A DNA stretch of 62,973 bases, the filler included, from Thraustochytrium aureum (taxonomy: Eukaryota), in NCBI GenBank assembly GCA_012862495.1. It is 5 parts of 3 records of this genome, joined end to end, with 100 filler letters (N's around TTAATTAATTAA, not from the genome) between each part and the next. Parts side by side here need not be neighbours in the genome. Positions count along the whole stretch, not along the records: positions 48,635 to 61,670 come from BLSG01000280.1; positions 61,771 to 62,973 come from BLSG01000286.1; 3 more parts are not named here. One strand, 5' to 3'. This document shows, piece after piece, positions 50,078 to 62,112 of this stretch. The stretch's first letter is position 1; each line of letters opens with the position of its first letter. The notes beneath the pieces were generated by a model. It was not told the DNA's origin, ran no database searches, and saw only the letters and a list, made by a program, of their open reading frames with translations. Made by a program: the position numbers and the translations under genes.

Positions 50078-50306
50078 GTTCCGCTGCGGAGGAACAGAAG
50101 GTGCCCGAGGAAGTTTCGCTGCGGAGGAACAGAAGGTGCCCGAGGAAGTTCCGCTTCGGAGGAACAGAAGGTGCCCGAGGAAGTTCCGCTGCAGAGGAAC
50201 AGAAGGTTCCCGAGGAACCTCACTGCGTTCCGCTGCGGAGGAACAGAAGGTGCCCGAGGAACCTCGCTGCGTTCCGCTTCGGAGGAACAAAAGGTGCCCG
50301 AGGAAC
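50078..50306. repeat. 35-nt minisatellite, 6 copies, hairpin-capable
   Basis: Unit GTTCCGCTGCGGAGGAACAGAAGGTGCCCGAGGAA; two junctions carry a 9-nt CCTCRCTGC insert. Confidence 0.92.
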
Positions 50307-51027
50307 TTTGCTGGACATTTTTGGCGTGGAGTGGAGAGTGGGCGAGGGTTGGAACACGGCGAAATCTATAGGGGTGGGCGGCCACTCGGGTGGAGATGAG
50401 AACGGAAAGCGCGCCGCTCTTTGGGCGATTAATTAAGACCATTAAGTGCCGTTCGAGATCTGTAAGACGCTGGGAAAAACAGCGATTTGGCACTCGAAGT
50501 GGATTTGTGAGCATAAAGTGCCAACGAAGAAAATGGCTCAGCCGTTCATCGTCTTCCTCTTTTTTCACTTCAGGGAGGATGAGGTGGAGACTCTAACATT
50601 GAGCGGCACCAAGGCGGTCGCCACTCGGTAGCGAATTGCGAGAGAAAAGTGCTCCAGCGACAGCACGAGCTCAACATGCCCGGAGACGAGCACAACACCA
50701 ATACTCTACCAGCCAGCCTGCCCACCCAGAGGTCCTGGCTGGTGCGCCTCGTCTGCTGCGACATCACTGGCGGCAACCCACTGTTCGCCTCCAGCATCGA
50801 TGCGATGGTGAGTGTACTCCATGTTGGTGCTCCCCAACACTCCCTGAGGTCAGGCTTTCTTCCGAGCGTGCCTTGCGAAACGGCAAGCGTCCAGGTCAGG
50901 TCCAGACGCTCATCAGTTCAGCCCTTGACTGGCTCGGCGTGTGGCGTTGTCGGCACCCTGCGAAACAAAGCGAGCTTGCTGCAGTTGCAGAGACGCGCGG
51001 AGCCGCGCGCAGCCGTGCGCCAGCAGG

Positions 51028-51846
51028 ATGGGGCGCCACTTGCGATGGAAGCCGAAAGAGTTTTTCATCTCGGCCAAGTTTGAGGACGAGTTCCTGGTCA
51101 GGCGGTACGGCCAGTCGCACTGGCGGGTCCGCGTCGTCAGGAAGGTCCACTCGCACGGCGTGCAGCTTTTCCTCGCGCTGCTGCTCTGCCTGGACGTGCT
51201 GGCGCTGATCGCAGAGCTGATCATTTCCTCGTACTTTCCTACGTGCGAGACTACGCTCCAGTTTTGCAGCGCGGAGCTCGAGGGATCAGGCACGGGCGGC
51301 GGCGGTGGCGCACACCGTGCTCTGGCAGAGGCGACCTGCAGAGCGACTTGCCTTGAGCACCCGCACTGGACACACTCGGTGCACCTCTTCCTGTTTGCAG
51401 TGTCCATCATCATTCTCATCATTTTCGAGCTCGAGCTGCTCATGCTCTTGGTGACCGTCAAGAAGCTCTTCTTCCGCAACTTCTACTATGTTTTTGACTT
51501 TGTCGTCGTCAGCGTCGCGCTCGTGCTCGAATCCATCTTCTTCGCGGCATCTTCCTCCTCGCAGTCTGAGGAGCTCGGCGGCTTGCTCATCCTTTTGCGC
51601 CTGTGGCGCCTTGTGCGGCTCGGCCACGCCATCGGCACCGACGTCCACGAGTACGAGCACCACAAAATCAGTGCGCTAGAAAAACGGGTTGGCGAGTTGG
51701 AAGCGGAGGTCGCGCGTCTCAAGCCCCCTAACTCACCGAACGAGGACGTCGCAAGTCTAGCAGCCGGATCGGGGCTACCGAGCAGCCACGAGGGCGGCCA
51801 AGCAGGCAATGACGCCGTAAGCGCAAGCAAAGTTGTCCTCTCCTAG
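51028..51846 (+). CDS. HVCN1: Voltage-gated proton channel Hv1
   Basis: Four TM helices and no pore domain. S1 Asp (LCLDVL..AEL), S3 FDFVVV..LE, S4 RLWRLVR (RxWRxxR), C-terminal coiled coil. Confidence 0.9.
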   Translation: MGRHLRWKPKEFFISAKFEDEFLVRRYGQSHWRVRVVRKVHSHGVQLFLALLLCLDVLALIAELIISSYFPTCETTLQFCSAELEGSGTGGGGGAHRALAEATCRATCLEHPHWTHSVHLFLFAVSIIILIIFELELLMLLVTVKKLFFRNFYYVFDFVVVSVALVLESIFFAASSSSQSEELGGLLILLRLWRLVRLGHAIGTDVHEYEHHKISALEKRVGELEAEVARLKPPNSPNEDVASLAAGSGLPSSHEGGQAGNDAVSASKVVLS

Positions 51847-54583
51847 GGACGCCCGCCAGAGCGAGTCCACTGCTTCGAGCCTCGGTGCAGCATCTTGCAT
51901 TCCCTGCCGCCAAGTTGGACTCGAGCTCATCACATCGTGGGCTTTTCCAAGCTCCAGTTGCTCGCAGCGCCCAGGTCCGTGTCCAAGTCAATTTGGCTCG
52001 AGAGTCGAGATGATGCTGCTGCGCGGCCGTGGATCATGACGACACAGTAGCCCACGCTCGCTCGCTCCCACGTGGATGACAACCCAAGGAGCCTGCCAGA
52101 ACCGGCAGGAGCAAGTAAGTGGAGAGGGTAGTACTCTACCAGAGTACCGCCTACTACTTGACTCGCAAGTGCGCCAAGTTTCGCGCGAACAACGAACACC
52201 GCGTACCCAAGCGAACAGTCTGAAGTTCCTGAACACAGTGAACAGAAAAAAAGAATGATCTCTGGTCCGAAACTTTCTTCACTGAAGACCCCTGCGTGGC
52301 CGGCACGGCCACCTCGACCACCAGAGTCGAAGCGAGGCGGATCCGACTCGGAGATCGTCGTTGCAAGAATTCGTGACATCTCGACACCGTGACCCTCGAC
52401 GTCTCTTTCATCAGCCAGCGTTTGTGCGCGTTGCCGCTGGCACGCACGATCGATCGGACCCTTTTGCCACGCGCAGCAAACGCAAGGCTGTCAATCACTG
52501 GCAGTTCAGACCTCCTTGGTTCAGAAAAGAATTCAGAACAGAAGATGACTCTGTCCTGGGGCAGAATCCATCCGATCAATCCAAAGTTTCCAAACAGCGC
52601 GCACAAGCCGAGCCGAGCCTCCTTGTTCGCAGGCGGCGGCCACGAGTATGCCTCTCGACGTCTTTCTCCAAGTTGTTCTTTCTCCGTGAAATCCAGCACA
52701 ACATCTTCTTCACCTCCAGGCGTCGTCGCGTCCGAGTCTTTCATCGAGCTCCCGCGTCCCATGCGGGTCAATCACTCTCGGTCCCGCGGCGCCGACGAGT
52801 CGAAAGCAAGCACGCACGAGGATCCGACCTGCAGGCCACGCACACTACGCAGAGCGATTGACACTTCCCGCAAGCCAGCAGACGCCGGCCTCCAAGTCTC
52901 CGAGTCGGCACGGCCTGCGGAGCGGCATCGCCACGGCGCGGAAGATCCGATCTGCGACGAAGGAAGGACGGCCCCACGATGCCGCCTCGCGAGCAGAACA
53001 GATGGACTCGGACAGATAGATAGATGCCCACCCTTTCCCTTCTCGTGCAGGCGGGCCGGAGCCTCCTGCGGGCCTGGCTGAGCCAGCTCGGCCACGGGCT
53101 GCGGCATGATTGACATCATGTCATTGAGGCCGGATCCGACGTGCCTCGCGGTGGGACTCGCACCACCACACGCGATGGGACTGGACTCGCATTGGGACGA
53201 CCGGCTTGCGCGATGGGACTGATTCGACCGCCTGTCGCGGCGCGCGCAGCGCCGTCGGCGCCTGCTCTGGCATTGTGGCGCGGGCCAGCCTCTCGGCTTG
53301 GCGAAGACGTCTATTGCGAAGAGGAAGGCTGCAAGTGTGAAGGGCCTCGCGCTGGTGTGGATGAGTCAGTTGAGCTCCCTCGTGGCAGCCGCGGTGCGAT
53401 CGATCGCGCTCGGCAGGGCTGGTCTCTCGATCAGGTCTAGTCGCTTCTCTTCCGCGCGCGCGAATGAAGAGTGGGCAAGTACAGTTTCGGTTTTTGCCAT
53501 GGATTGCCGCGTCCTGCAGCCCGCGCGAGCGTGTTGGAGCGCGGAAGCAAAGCTAGCCTCAGGCGGGCAGACGACGCAACCAAAGGCAGGCAGGCGAAGC
53601 AGGCCAGCCTACCATCTCATCTCGGGTAGAGTACTTACCAGAGTTGTCGAGCTCGAGGGCCGGAGAGGAGGTTGAATGCTTTCCTTGCTTTCCTCACTTG
53701 CTCGGCCGTGATTCGAACTTGCGTTGTAGGAAACGTTTCACCCACGGTGTTTGTTTCGTGCCTTGAGCTCGATTCGCGGGTCTGTTCTGGCCATCCACGA
53801 CAATGACGCGTGCAGGTTGTTCAAACAATGCTGCTCCTGGGCTTGTTCTGTTCAATGGGGAAAGAAAGACTGACAGACGAGCAGACCCAGTCCTGGCAGG
53901 CATGATGCGCCGCCACCGCATTCACCGTCGAGAGACCTCGACCAAGCAGCCGACCAAGGCGTGAAGAAGCAGGGCGATTGAAGTGATCAACTTGAGCATC
54001 GGCTCTTTCCAGCCGCGTCCCAAGCACGCACGCATGCACGTGCGTGGGATTCTGCATGGTGAGAGGATGCAGAAGAAATAAAGGATGGACGGCCGCCGGA
54101 ATCAGGAGGATCCTGCTTGCTTGGGGTGCCCACGATCTCCGCAGCCCTCTGGGCCGCGCTTCTCACGACGACCTGGTTCGCATACGCAGAGGGTGTTTTG
54201 ATCAAAAGGAGAGACTGCAATACGCAAGAGAGCGCTGGTGACGGCTTTTGCCAACGTATGCAATTGAACAGGCTTGTCGATTGCCCTGCGCAGAGCAAGA
54301 CTGTCTGTCTGCATGCTATGTTGGCCGTGTCTTGTCCTTTGCTCACTCCCTGCTCTGCTTTCCGAAGCGACCTCGTGGGCTTTCAGCTTGTGGCTGCCGA
54401 ATGCCGAAATCCGATCCTTCCTTGCCCAAGTCGAAAAGCTGAGATCAGCAGTACCCCAATTGAGCCTGCCTATCGAGCACGGGCTAAAAGCGAATTGCGC
54501 AGCGGAAGATAGCGGTACTCTGCCAACAGCGAAGTGGAACCGGACTGCTTCAAACAAAGGCGCGCGGTTCGACAAGCCCCGCG

Positions 54584-57500
54584 ATGTTTCGACTTGTCTT
54601 TGCACTCCTCGCGACTCTAGGTGCCGCCGTCACTGGCGACCTGGCGTGCCCTGCTGGACTCTACGAACTACCTGTGGAGCACGACCTCGTGCGAAAGGTC
54701 TCGTTTGGCCCCGAGTTTGCCGCGGAGTTTTCCTACCTGTTGGCCGAGGTGCCTTCCGAGAACGCTGCGCTCTTCCATGTGGGCAATGCAGACGACAACC
54801 TGCGCTATCTTTCAGGTTTCGTTCGAGAGAACACGCCCAACCTTCTCATTCGCGTTGCGATCAGTGACAGTGGCCCTGGTCCTGATGAGAACGGCGGCGG
54901 GGACGGGTGGGGCTGCGAGGCCAATGGTGATTGGGATCTTCAACTAAACTCGCTCTACACCGTTCGAGTCTTTTTCAGCACGTCCACGGCTGGCACACTT
55001 TTCGGAGTAAATAACCAGTACATTGCGGCCGGCACGATTGCTGTTCGACTCACAAAACCAAACGGAGACACTTTGGGCTGCACAGCCTTTCTCCGAGGCA
55101 AACCAGCTGGTGGAACGGATCTCTACTACTACGAGGGCAATCCGAGCTTTGCAAGNNNNNNNNNNNNNNNNNNNNNNNNNNNNNNNNNNNNNNNNNNNNN
55201 NNNNNNNNNNNNNNNNNNNNNNNNNNNNNNNNNNNNNNNNNNNNNNNNNNNNNNNNNNNNNNNNNNNNNNNNNNNNNNNNNNNNNNNNNNNNNNNNNNNN
55301 NNNNNNNNNNNNNNNNNNNNNNNNNNNNNNNNNNNNNNNNNNNNNNNNNNNNNNNNNNNNNNNNNNNNNNNNNNNNNNNNNNNNNNNNNNNNNNNNNNNN
55401 NNNNNNNNNNNNNNNNNNNNNNNNGCAAGCGCAAAGGCATGCGTCACACCACTCGAGTTGGATTCGGAGATTTTGTCAAGGAGCCCCAGTGTCTCGCCGT
55501 CCGCAACGCCCTCGACGAGCCCTTCCGCGACACTGACCAACACCCCTCGATGGGGCCAACTGGCAGCCCCTCCACAAGCCCATCGACGAACCCGACTTGG
55601 AGCCCATCTGTGAGGCCTTCGGCGAGCCCTTCTTCAACTCCGACTGAGAGCCCAACCAAAAGCCCGACTTGGAGACCCTCGCAGAGCCCGTCTTCGAGTC
55701 CAACGGTTAGTCCGTCTGAAAGCCCGTCGTCGAGTCCATCGGTGCGCCCCTCTGAAAGCCCATCCACACGTCCATCGGCCAGCCCGTCTTCGAATCCATC
55801 AGTGAGCCCAACGATCAGCCCGACTGTGAGTCCATCTCAAGCCCCATCGGCAACTCCCACGTCGAGACCGTCAGTCAGCCCATCTGCAAACCCGTCGACC
55901 AGCCCATCGGTTAGCCCGTCGATGAGCCCTTCGTTGAAACCAACTTCGGGCCCGTCTGCGAGTCCGTCAGCCAGCCCGTCGTCAAGCCCATCTGCGAACC
56001 CGTCTGCTAGCCCATCCACGCGTCCAACAGCAAGCCCATCTCTGAGCCCGTCGACCGGCCCGTCTGCGACTCCATCAGTCAGCCCGTCAACAAGCCCTTC
56101 TGCAAGTCCGTCAACCGGCCCGACTGTGAGTCCATCGGAGAGTCCGTCAACAAGCCCTTCGGTGAGCCCCACGTCGAGCCCGTCGAGAAGCCCATCGGTG
56201 AGCCCGTCAACCAGCCCTTCGACGAGCCCCACAACGCGCCCGTCTGAGAGTCCGTCGGTTAGCCCGTCTGAGAGTCCTTCGGCCAGACCGTCTGCGAGTC
56301 CTTCGGCCAGCCCATCGGTGAGCCCATCGGCCAGTCCGTCAACAAACCCTTCGGTGAGCCCCACGTCGAGCCCGTCATCAAGCCCATCGGCGAATCCATC
56401 GGCTAGCCCCTCCTGANNNNNNNNNNNNNNNNNNNNNNNNNNNNNNNNNNNNNNNNNNNNNNNNNNNNNNNNNNNNNNNNNNNNNNNNNNNNNNNNNNNN
56501 NNNNNNNNNNNNNNNNNNNNNNNNNNNNNNNNNNNNNNNNNNNNNNNNNNNNNNNNNNNNNNNNNNNNNNNNNNNNNNNNNNNNNNNNNNNNNNNNNNNN
56601 NNNNNNNNNNNNNNNNNNNNNNNNNNNNNNNNNNNNNNNNNNNNNNNNNNNNNNNNNNNNNNNNNNNNNNNNNNNNNNNNNNNNNNNNNNNNNNNNNNNN
56701 NNNNNNNNNNNNNNNNNNNNNNNNNNNNNNNNNNNNNNNNNNNNNNNNNNNNNNNNNNNNNNNNNNNNNNNNNNNNNNNNNNNNNNNNNNNNNNNNNNNN
56801 NNNNNNNNNNNNNNNNNNNNNNNNNNNNNNNNNNNNNNNNNNNNNNNNNNNNNNNNNNNNNNNNNNNNNNNNNNNNNNNNNNNNNNNNNNNNNNNNNGTC
56901 TGCGAGTCCTTCGGCCAGCCCGTCAACCAGCCCATCGCTGAGTCCATCGGCCAGCCCTTCAATGAACCCAACGTCGAGCCCGTCATCAAGCCCATCGGCG
57001 AATCCATCGGCTACCGCCTCCCTGAGCCCGTCAACAAGCCCTTCGACGAGCCCCACGTCGAATAGCACGTCTGCGAGTCCCTCGGCCAGCCCGTCATCAA
57101 GCCCTTCGATGAGCCCCACGTCAAACCCGTCATCCAGCCCATCAGCGAGTCATTCGGTGAGCCCCACTTCGAGTCCATCGTCAAGCCCATCCGCAAGCCC
57201 GTCGACCAGCGCACCCGCGGGCCCGTCCGTAGCCCCGTCGACAAGCCCTTCGGCGAGCCCCACGGCGAGCATGTCCACCAGTCCATCAGCAACACCTTCG
57301 ACTGGTCCGTCGGCCAGTCCATCAACGAGCCCCACGCCGAGACCGTCCGCGAGCCCGTCCGCGAGTACAAGCCCGTCGGCGAACCCTACACAGAGCCCTT
57401 CCGCGACGCCGACGAACAGCCCGTCGACTTCGCCATCAGCCTCGCCGACCGAGTTTGGATTCTGCAGCAATGCGCGCGTTTTGGTCGCCGTCGACCAGTC

Positions 57501-58376
57501 GTATAGCGTCAAGAACAAGAATCTCGACGCGCAGATGGCCGTGGCAAACAGTCTCATTGACACGTTGTACATCGGGGAATCTGGGACGCGGCTTGCCGTC
57601 GTGAGCTTTGGTGCTTCGATTTCGGACATCATCCCAGTCTCGAGCCTGAACTCTAGCGCTGCGTACAACATTTCTGCGCTCAAGAGCACCATCAATGACT
57701 TAATGGCCAACTCGACCCAGGGAACAGTTGGCACAAACTTTCTGGAGCTCTTTGGGCAGGACTATGGGCTCGCGCTTTCGCAGAGCACAGACAACCCGAC
57801 GATTGTCCTGCTGTCTGATGGACCCCCGCGCGAGAGTAATCTCTTTGGCAGGAAGGCGCTGGCGAGCGCTTGCGATGCCGTGGAGTCGTTCAAGGAGAGC
57901 AGTGCTGTTCGCACAAAGCTTATCTGTTTCCAGTCGACCNNNNNNNNNNNNNNNNNNNNNNNNNNNNNNNNNNNNNNNNNNNNNNNNNNNNNNNNNNNNN
58001 NNNNNNNNNNNNNNNNNNNNNNNNNNNNNNNNNNNNNNNNNNAATCTGGCTCGCGAACGGGTTTCGCCAAACCGACGACCCTACAGTCATAGCAGCCACG
58101 ATGCGCAACCAGATCTGCGAGCCGTCCATCCTGCAATCTGATCCGTGCGAAGAGGTCGCGCTTCAGTTCCAGAATGGCGCATTTGGTAGGGGCAGGAGGT
58201 CGAAGAGAAGATACCGCAAGGCGTGCAAGGCAGTTCGACGCAACTATCGTGGCTTCGTGACCGAGCGCGACGCAGAGCTCGGCATGCCCATGGAGCGGCA
58301 GTGCTTTTATGACGGCCAGAGCTGCAACCTGCTAAATCGCTTCTCGCTTCTCTACCACTCTGCGAACAGCAAGTAA
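54584..58376 (+). CDS. Secreted modular protein: head domain(s), long Ser/Pro/Thr stalk, vWA domain, Cys-containing tail (three gaps, frameshift near 55540)
   Basis: Signal peptide; head homologous to the 34104 gene; SPSx stalk from about 55480 to 57450; vWA with DQSYS and LLSDG; stop at 58376. Confidence 0.87.
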
Positions 58377-61095
58377 AGCTGGCGTGCAACAGCAAAAGGA
58401 GCCGGGTTCGTCTCCTGCCGAGACGGCATCATCCGCATGGGCGACAGCACAAGGCTCCTCCTTGTCGACGCGCCGCGCAATAAAACATAAAGAGAGATTT
58501 TTCTAGTTCTATAATGTGCAGAGCAAGTGCAGAGCGACAACGAGCGATCGCACCGGACATCAAGAGATTCGATGAGCCGGCGTTGGAGATTTTGAGGATT
58601 GCGTGATTCTTGCGACGCTGGCAGTTGCCTGCTCTGCCAACACTGGGAATGCAGAAAAATACAGGGTTTCTCTTCTTTTACTGAGGGCGCGCCAAGTGAG
58701 CCAATCCCGCCGTTCGATAGCACTCATCGTCATCCAAGGCGCCGCTCTTGTGTGCTTTGCGAAGGCTGCTGCGGGAGAACCTGGCCAGATCAGAGACAAG
58801 GAGGATCCGACTTGTCAGAGATGAGGATTCGAGGCCAGCCACGGCGCGACGTCGTCGAAACAGCCGGTTCATTCATTCATGACTCGAACAACACCAACTC
58901 TGCACTGCTCGTCCGAGTCATCAATCAACAAAAATACGGTCGCGCCACATCTTTGAACCAGCCGCACCTTCATTTCATGGCCGGCAGAGCCAGTTTCTGC
59001 AGCGACTTGGGATTTTCGACAAGACAGCTCAATCAAGCAAGGAGGATCCTCCTGCTAGTCGGCTTTGGCTCAAGCGACGAACCCATTTTCTATCCCTCGT
59101 GGAACCATCCAATGTGTCGTCATGCAGAGGATCCGTTTCTTGTTTGAAAAAGGGTGGTATGGCTTGCGAGTGGCTGTATATCCACTCTAGCTTCAATTTG
59201 GTCTTCCCCTTGAAGAGAAAGTAATTTCGGCATCGCCATCAGCCGCCATGACGAAAGCCACAACATCCATCCGGGAATGAGCTTTGCGTGAGGGAGAGCG
59301 TCGAATGGGAGCGTGGATCCCTCCTTCCTCCTTCGCGTTGGCCTGCTCGAGTAGTTTAATTCAACTTGACCGATGAAAGACATTCCGACACTACCTCGTC
59401 AGAAAGGAGAGACTGCTCCGCTGCAGTCGGATCCTTGGTAGTACTCCACCTACATGTGTGGCTGCATGGCAGCGGTTTTGCGTGGCTTGGTAGAGTAGCT
59501 GCGTTCCAGAAAACCAACAATAATTCCAAAATCGAACGAATGCGGCGGATGACGCTTCCCATCCAGTGATCGCCAGAATAAAGCCAGAAACCGCTTGTCC
59601 AGGTCGACCTCTGTGCTCTCCCGGTCAAATCCCTTGTGGCCTCTCTCGCAATTCTTGTTCAAGATTTGCGCAGTTTTTGGAAGTAATCAGACGTCAACAG
59701 CCGCTGTGCTGCACGCGCCGTTCTTGATTGCGCCTGCTACGCATCGTCGACGGTGCGGCGCGAATCGCGCAACTCTTCCGCACACATTGGCACAAAGTTT
59801 CAAAGGTGGAGTTATTGAAAGTTTTCAGTAGGCCAATCGTCTTTTCCTCGCCGGATCTGAAAGTGGCTCCTCCACGCCTTCCGAGTTCCGACGTGAACTA
59901 GAAGTACTTCGTATACGGCCTGAGACGCAATAGAAAGCACGAGCCGGAGGGCGACGGATCCAAACACGCTCGAAATTGGCTGGACTGGCGAACTGGTTTC
60001 ACATCTCCGCGCTTTTGACCCCTTTGTACTAAAACGCCCACGAGCCACGTCGGAAAGTGTCGTACCGTAGGCCTAGTCTCTGCACAACACGTCGCGTCAT
60101 CGCGTCAGCACCATTGCCATTTAGAAAAAAAGGAAAGGTGAGAGGGGAGGGAGGGGGGGGCAGCAAGAGGGCCAACACATTACACATTTTCGAGGCTGCA
60201 ACGAGGGATGGATTTCTTCGCATGCTGCTTTGACCAGCACTGTTGAAGACTCGCGGCCAAGGGGCTGGGTTAGGATCTCCGAACGCGTGGGCCATACATT
60301 TTACCTCATGCGGAGGTCAACCCAAGCTTTCGTGTCGTCTCCGGTTTTTATTGTTACGATCACGAGACGTATCGGATGGGCGGCAACGACGGATGAAATC
60401 GACGGATGAAATTATCCAATGGCCTTCGACCAGAGCTGCAAGGCCGTCGTTGAGCTGGTTCAAGATCCTCAGAGTCCTTGCTTGGTGAGGTCAAAGAGGA
60501 GCCAGAGTTAGATCCTCCAGACGCGTCGTGCTGCCAAGGAGGATCCTCCTTGGTCGCGCAGGAACAAGCTCTCAGCCACCTGCAGTGATGCGGTTGCAAT
60601 GCGCATGGACGAGCCTCTGCGCGAGCGCGTGCGGGAGGAGGATGAGGAAAGGAGCAAGACTTTTGGTTAGACTTTATTTTGGCGCACGCTACACAACTGG
60701 CGAACCTCCGATCCTCCTTTGTGCACAAAGGTGACCTGAAAGCGCGAGCAAAGAGTTTACTCCAATCCTTGGTTACTCCTTGGCGCAAGTGGAATGACAC
60801 AGCGCGTGTCAGCCCGTTTGGGTGCCGACGGCAAGCCGACGGATAGATGGGCACTGCGTCGCCCTTCTCCCTCTGAAGGCCGTGCCTTTGCTCGCCGCCT
60901 TTCTTTCGTTTCCTTCCCACTTTTCTTGAGCGTTGCGCACCAACCAAATGGACTAGCAAACCAACCAAACATTCCTTCGGAGTGAAGCTACTTCTGTTTC
61001 TCGGTTTGCGACGGGGCCTCAGCAGACCCCAATCGACTAGAGGACGACCCACGACTGCGCATCGGGTACGATTGAAAAGGATGATTCGAGGCGCT

Positions 61096-61670
61096 ATGAT
61101 GATGCGCGCTGCGGTCTTCATCGCGACGATGGCGGCGTTTGCTTCGGGCGACGAACAGGTCTGCTCCGACGATCTCATTTCGACGCTTGTTTCGTCGGAA
61201 CAACCGTCGCTCACGTTCGGGCCCAACTTCGAAGCACAGTTCTCCTTCGAGGTGAACAGCTTTCCCCTTGAGGAAAACAAACCGAAAGGTCTTTTCCATG
61301 TGACCACTGACTCAGGCGGGAACACGCCGCGTCTTCTCTCGGCTTTCCTTCGGAAAAACAACGAACTCCTGATTCGCGTCAACTTGAACAAGGTGAACAA
61401 CGTGGAAAACGAGAACAACGCTAACGGCAACGGCTGGGGTTGCGTGGTCGGGGGTCTCGAGGAAGATATTGTTTACGACGTTCTCATCTCGTTTCAGAGT
61501 GGCACTGCGAATGTGGTCGTTCATGGCGGAGTATCGGTGGGTGGGTGCGCGAATCAACTTGTTGGCAACCCAACTGGTGGAGTCAATGCCAAATACTTCC
61601 TAGGCTTCCCGGTCTCTCCTTACTCCGGTGCGAACGCCTGTGTCTCAACTCTCACTCTGAGTATGCTTTA
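61096..61670 (+). CDS. Secreted paralogue carrying the same head domain (3' truncated)
   Basis: MMMRAAVFIATMAAFASG leader; FGPNFEAQF, LFHV, PRLLSAF, GWGC, ANAC. Confidence 0.85.
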
Positions 61671-61770
61671 NNNNNNNNNNNNNNNNNNNNNNNNNNNNNN
61701 NNNNNNNNNNNNNNTTAATTAATTAANNNNNNNNNNNNNNNNNNNNNNNNNNNNNNNNNNNNNNNNNNNN
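61671..61770. other. Artificial scaffold linker
   Basis: N44-TTAATTAATTAA-N44. Confidence 0.95.
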
Positions 61771-62112
61771 GAGAAGGCTCTCAAGCTTTGAGGCGGAGCG
61801 CGTTCTGTGGCACACTTACCCCCTGAGAGCAGCCGAGTACTTACTTGAAAGGCGACGCAACTCTTTTTGATTGTTTTCACTTGCTCAATTCAACTCGCTC
61901 TAGAGAGGTCGGCGCCGTGCGCATCATGCCGTCGTGGGCCAAACCGGCGCCGGACGCCTCGTCCGCAATGTCGAGATTTATGGTGAGCTCGCAAGCGGCC
62001 TGTGCAAGGCTCACTCCAACAACGTTGGCGGCACCCTGGAGGCATCCTTACTTCTCCTCACCCGTGAAAGGTCAATCAAAAAGAGTATGAATCAACGCTG
62101 CAGCCCAGCTAC

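Noticed and set aside
50078..50306. CRISPR-like hairpin repeat
   Set aside because: No unique spacers; the two inserts are near-identical 9-mers.
49997..50568. Apparent long N-terminus of uL4 in the ORF track
   Set aside because: Translation of the minisatellite joined through an N gap.
51900..54500. Many short overlapping ORFs, also at 31800-34000
   Set aside because: No recognisable motifs; expected by chance in GC-rich DNA.
55837..56364. GLADGLxDG repeat ORFs, also 21429-22157 and 57150-57734
   Set aside because: Antisense shadows of the SPSx stalk codons.
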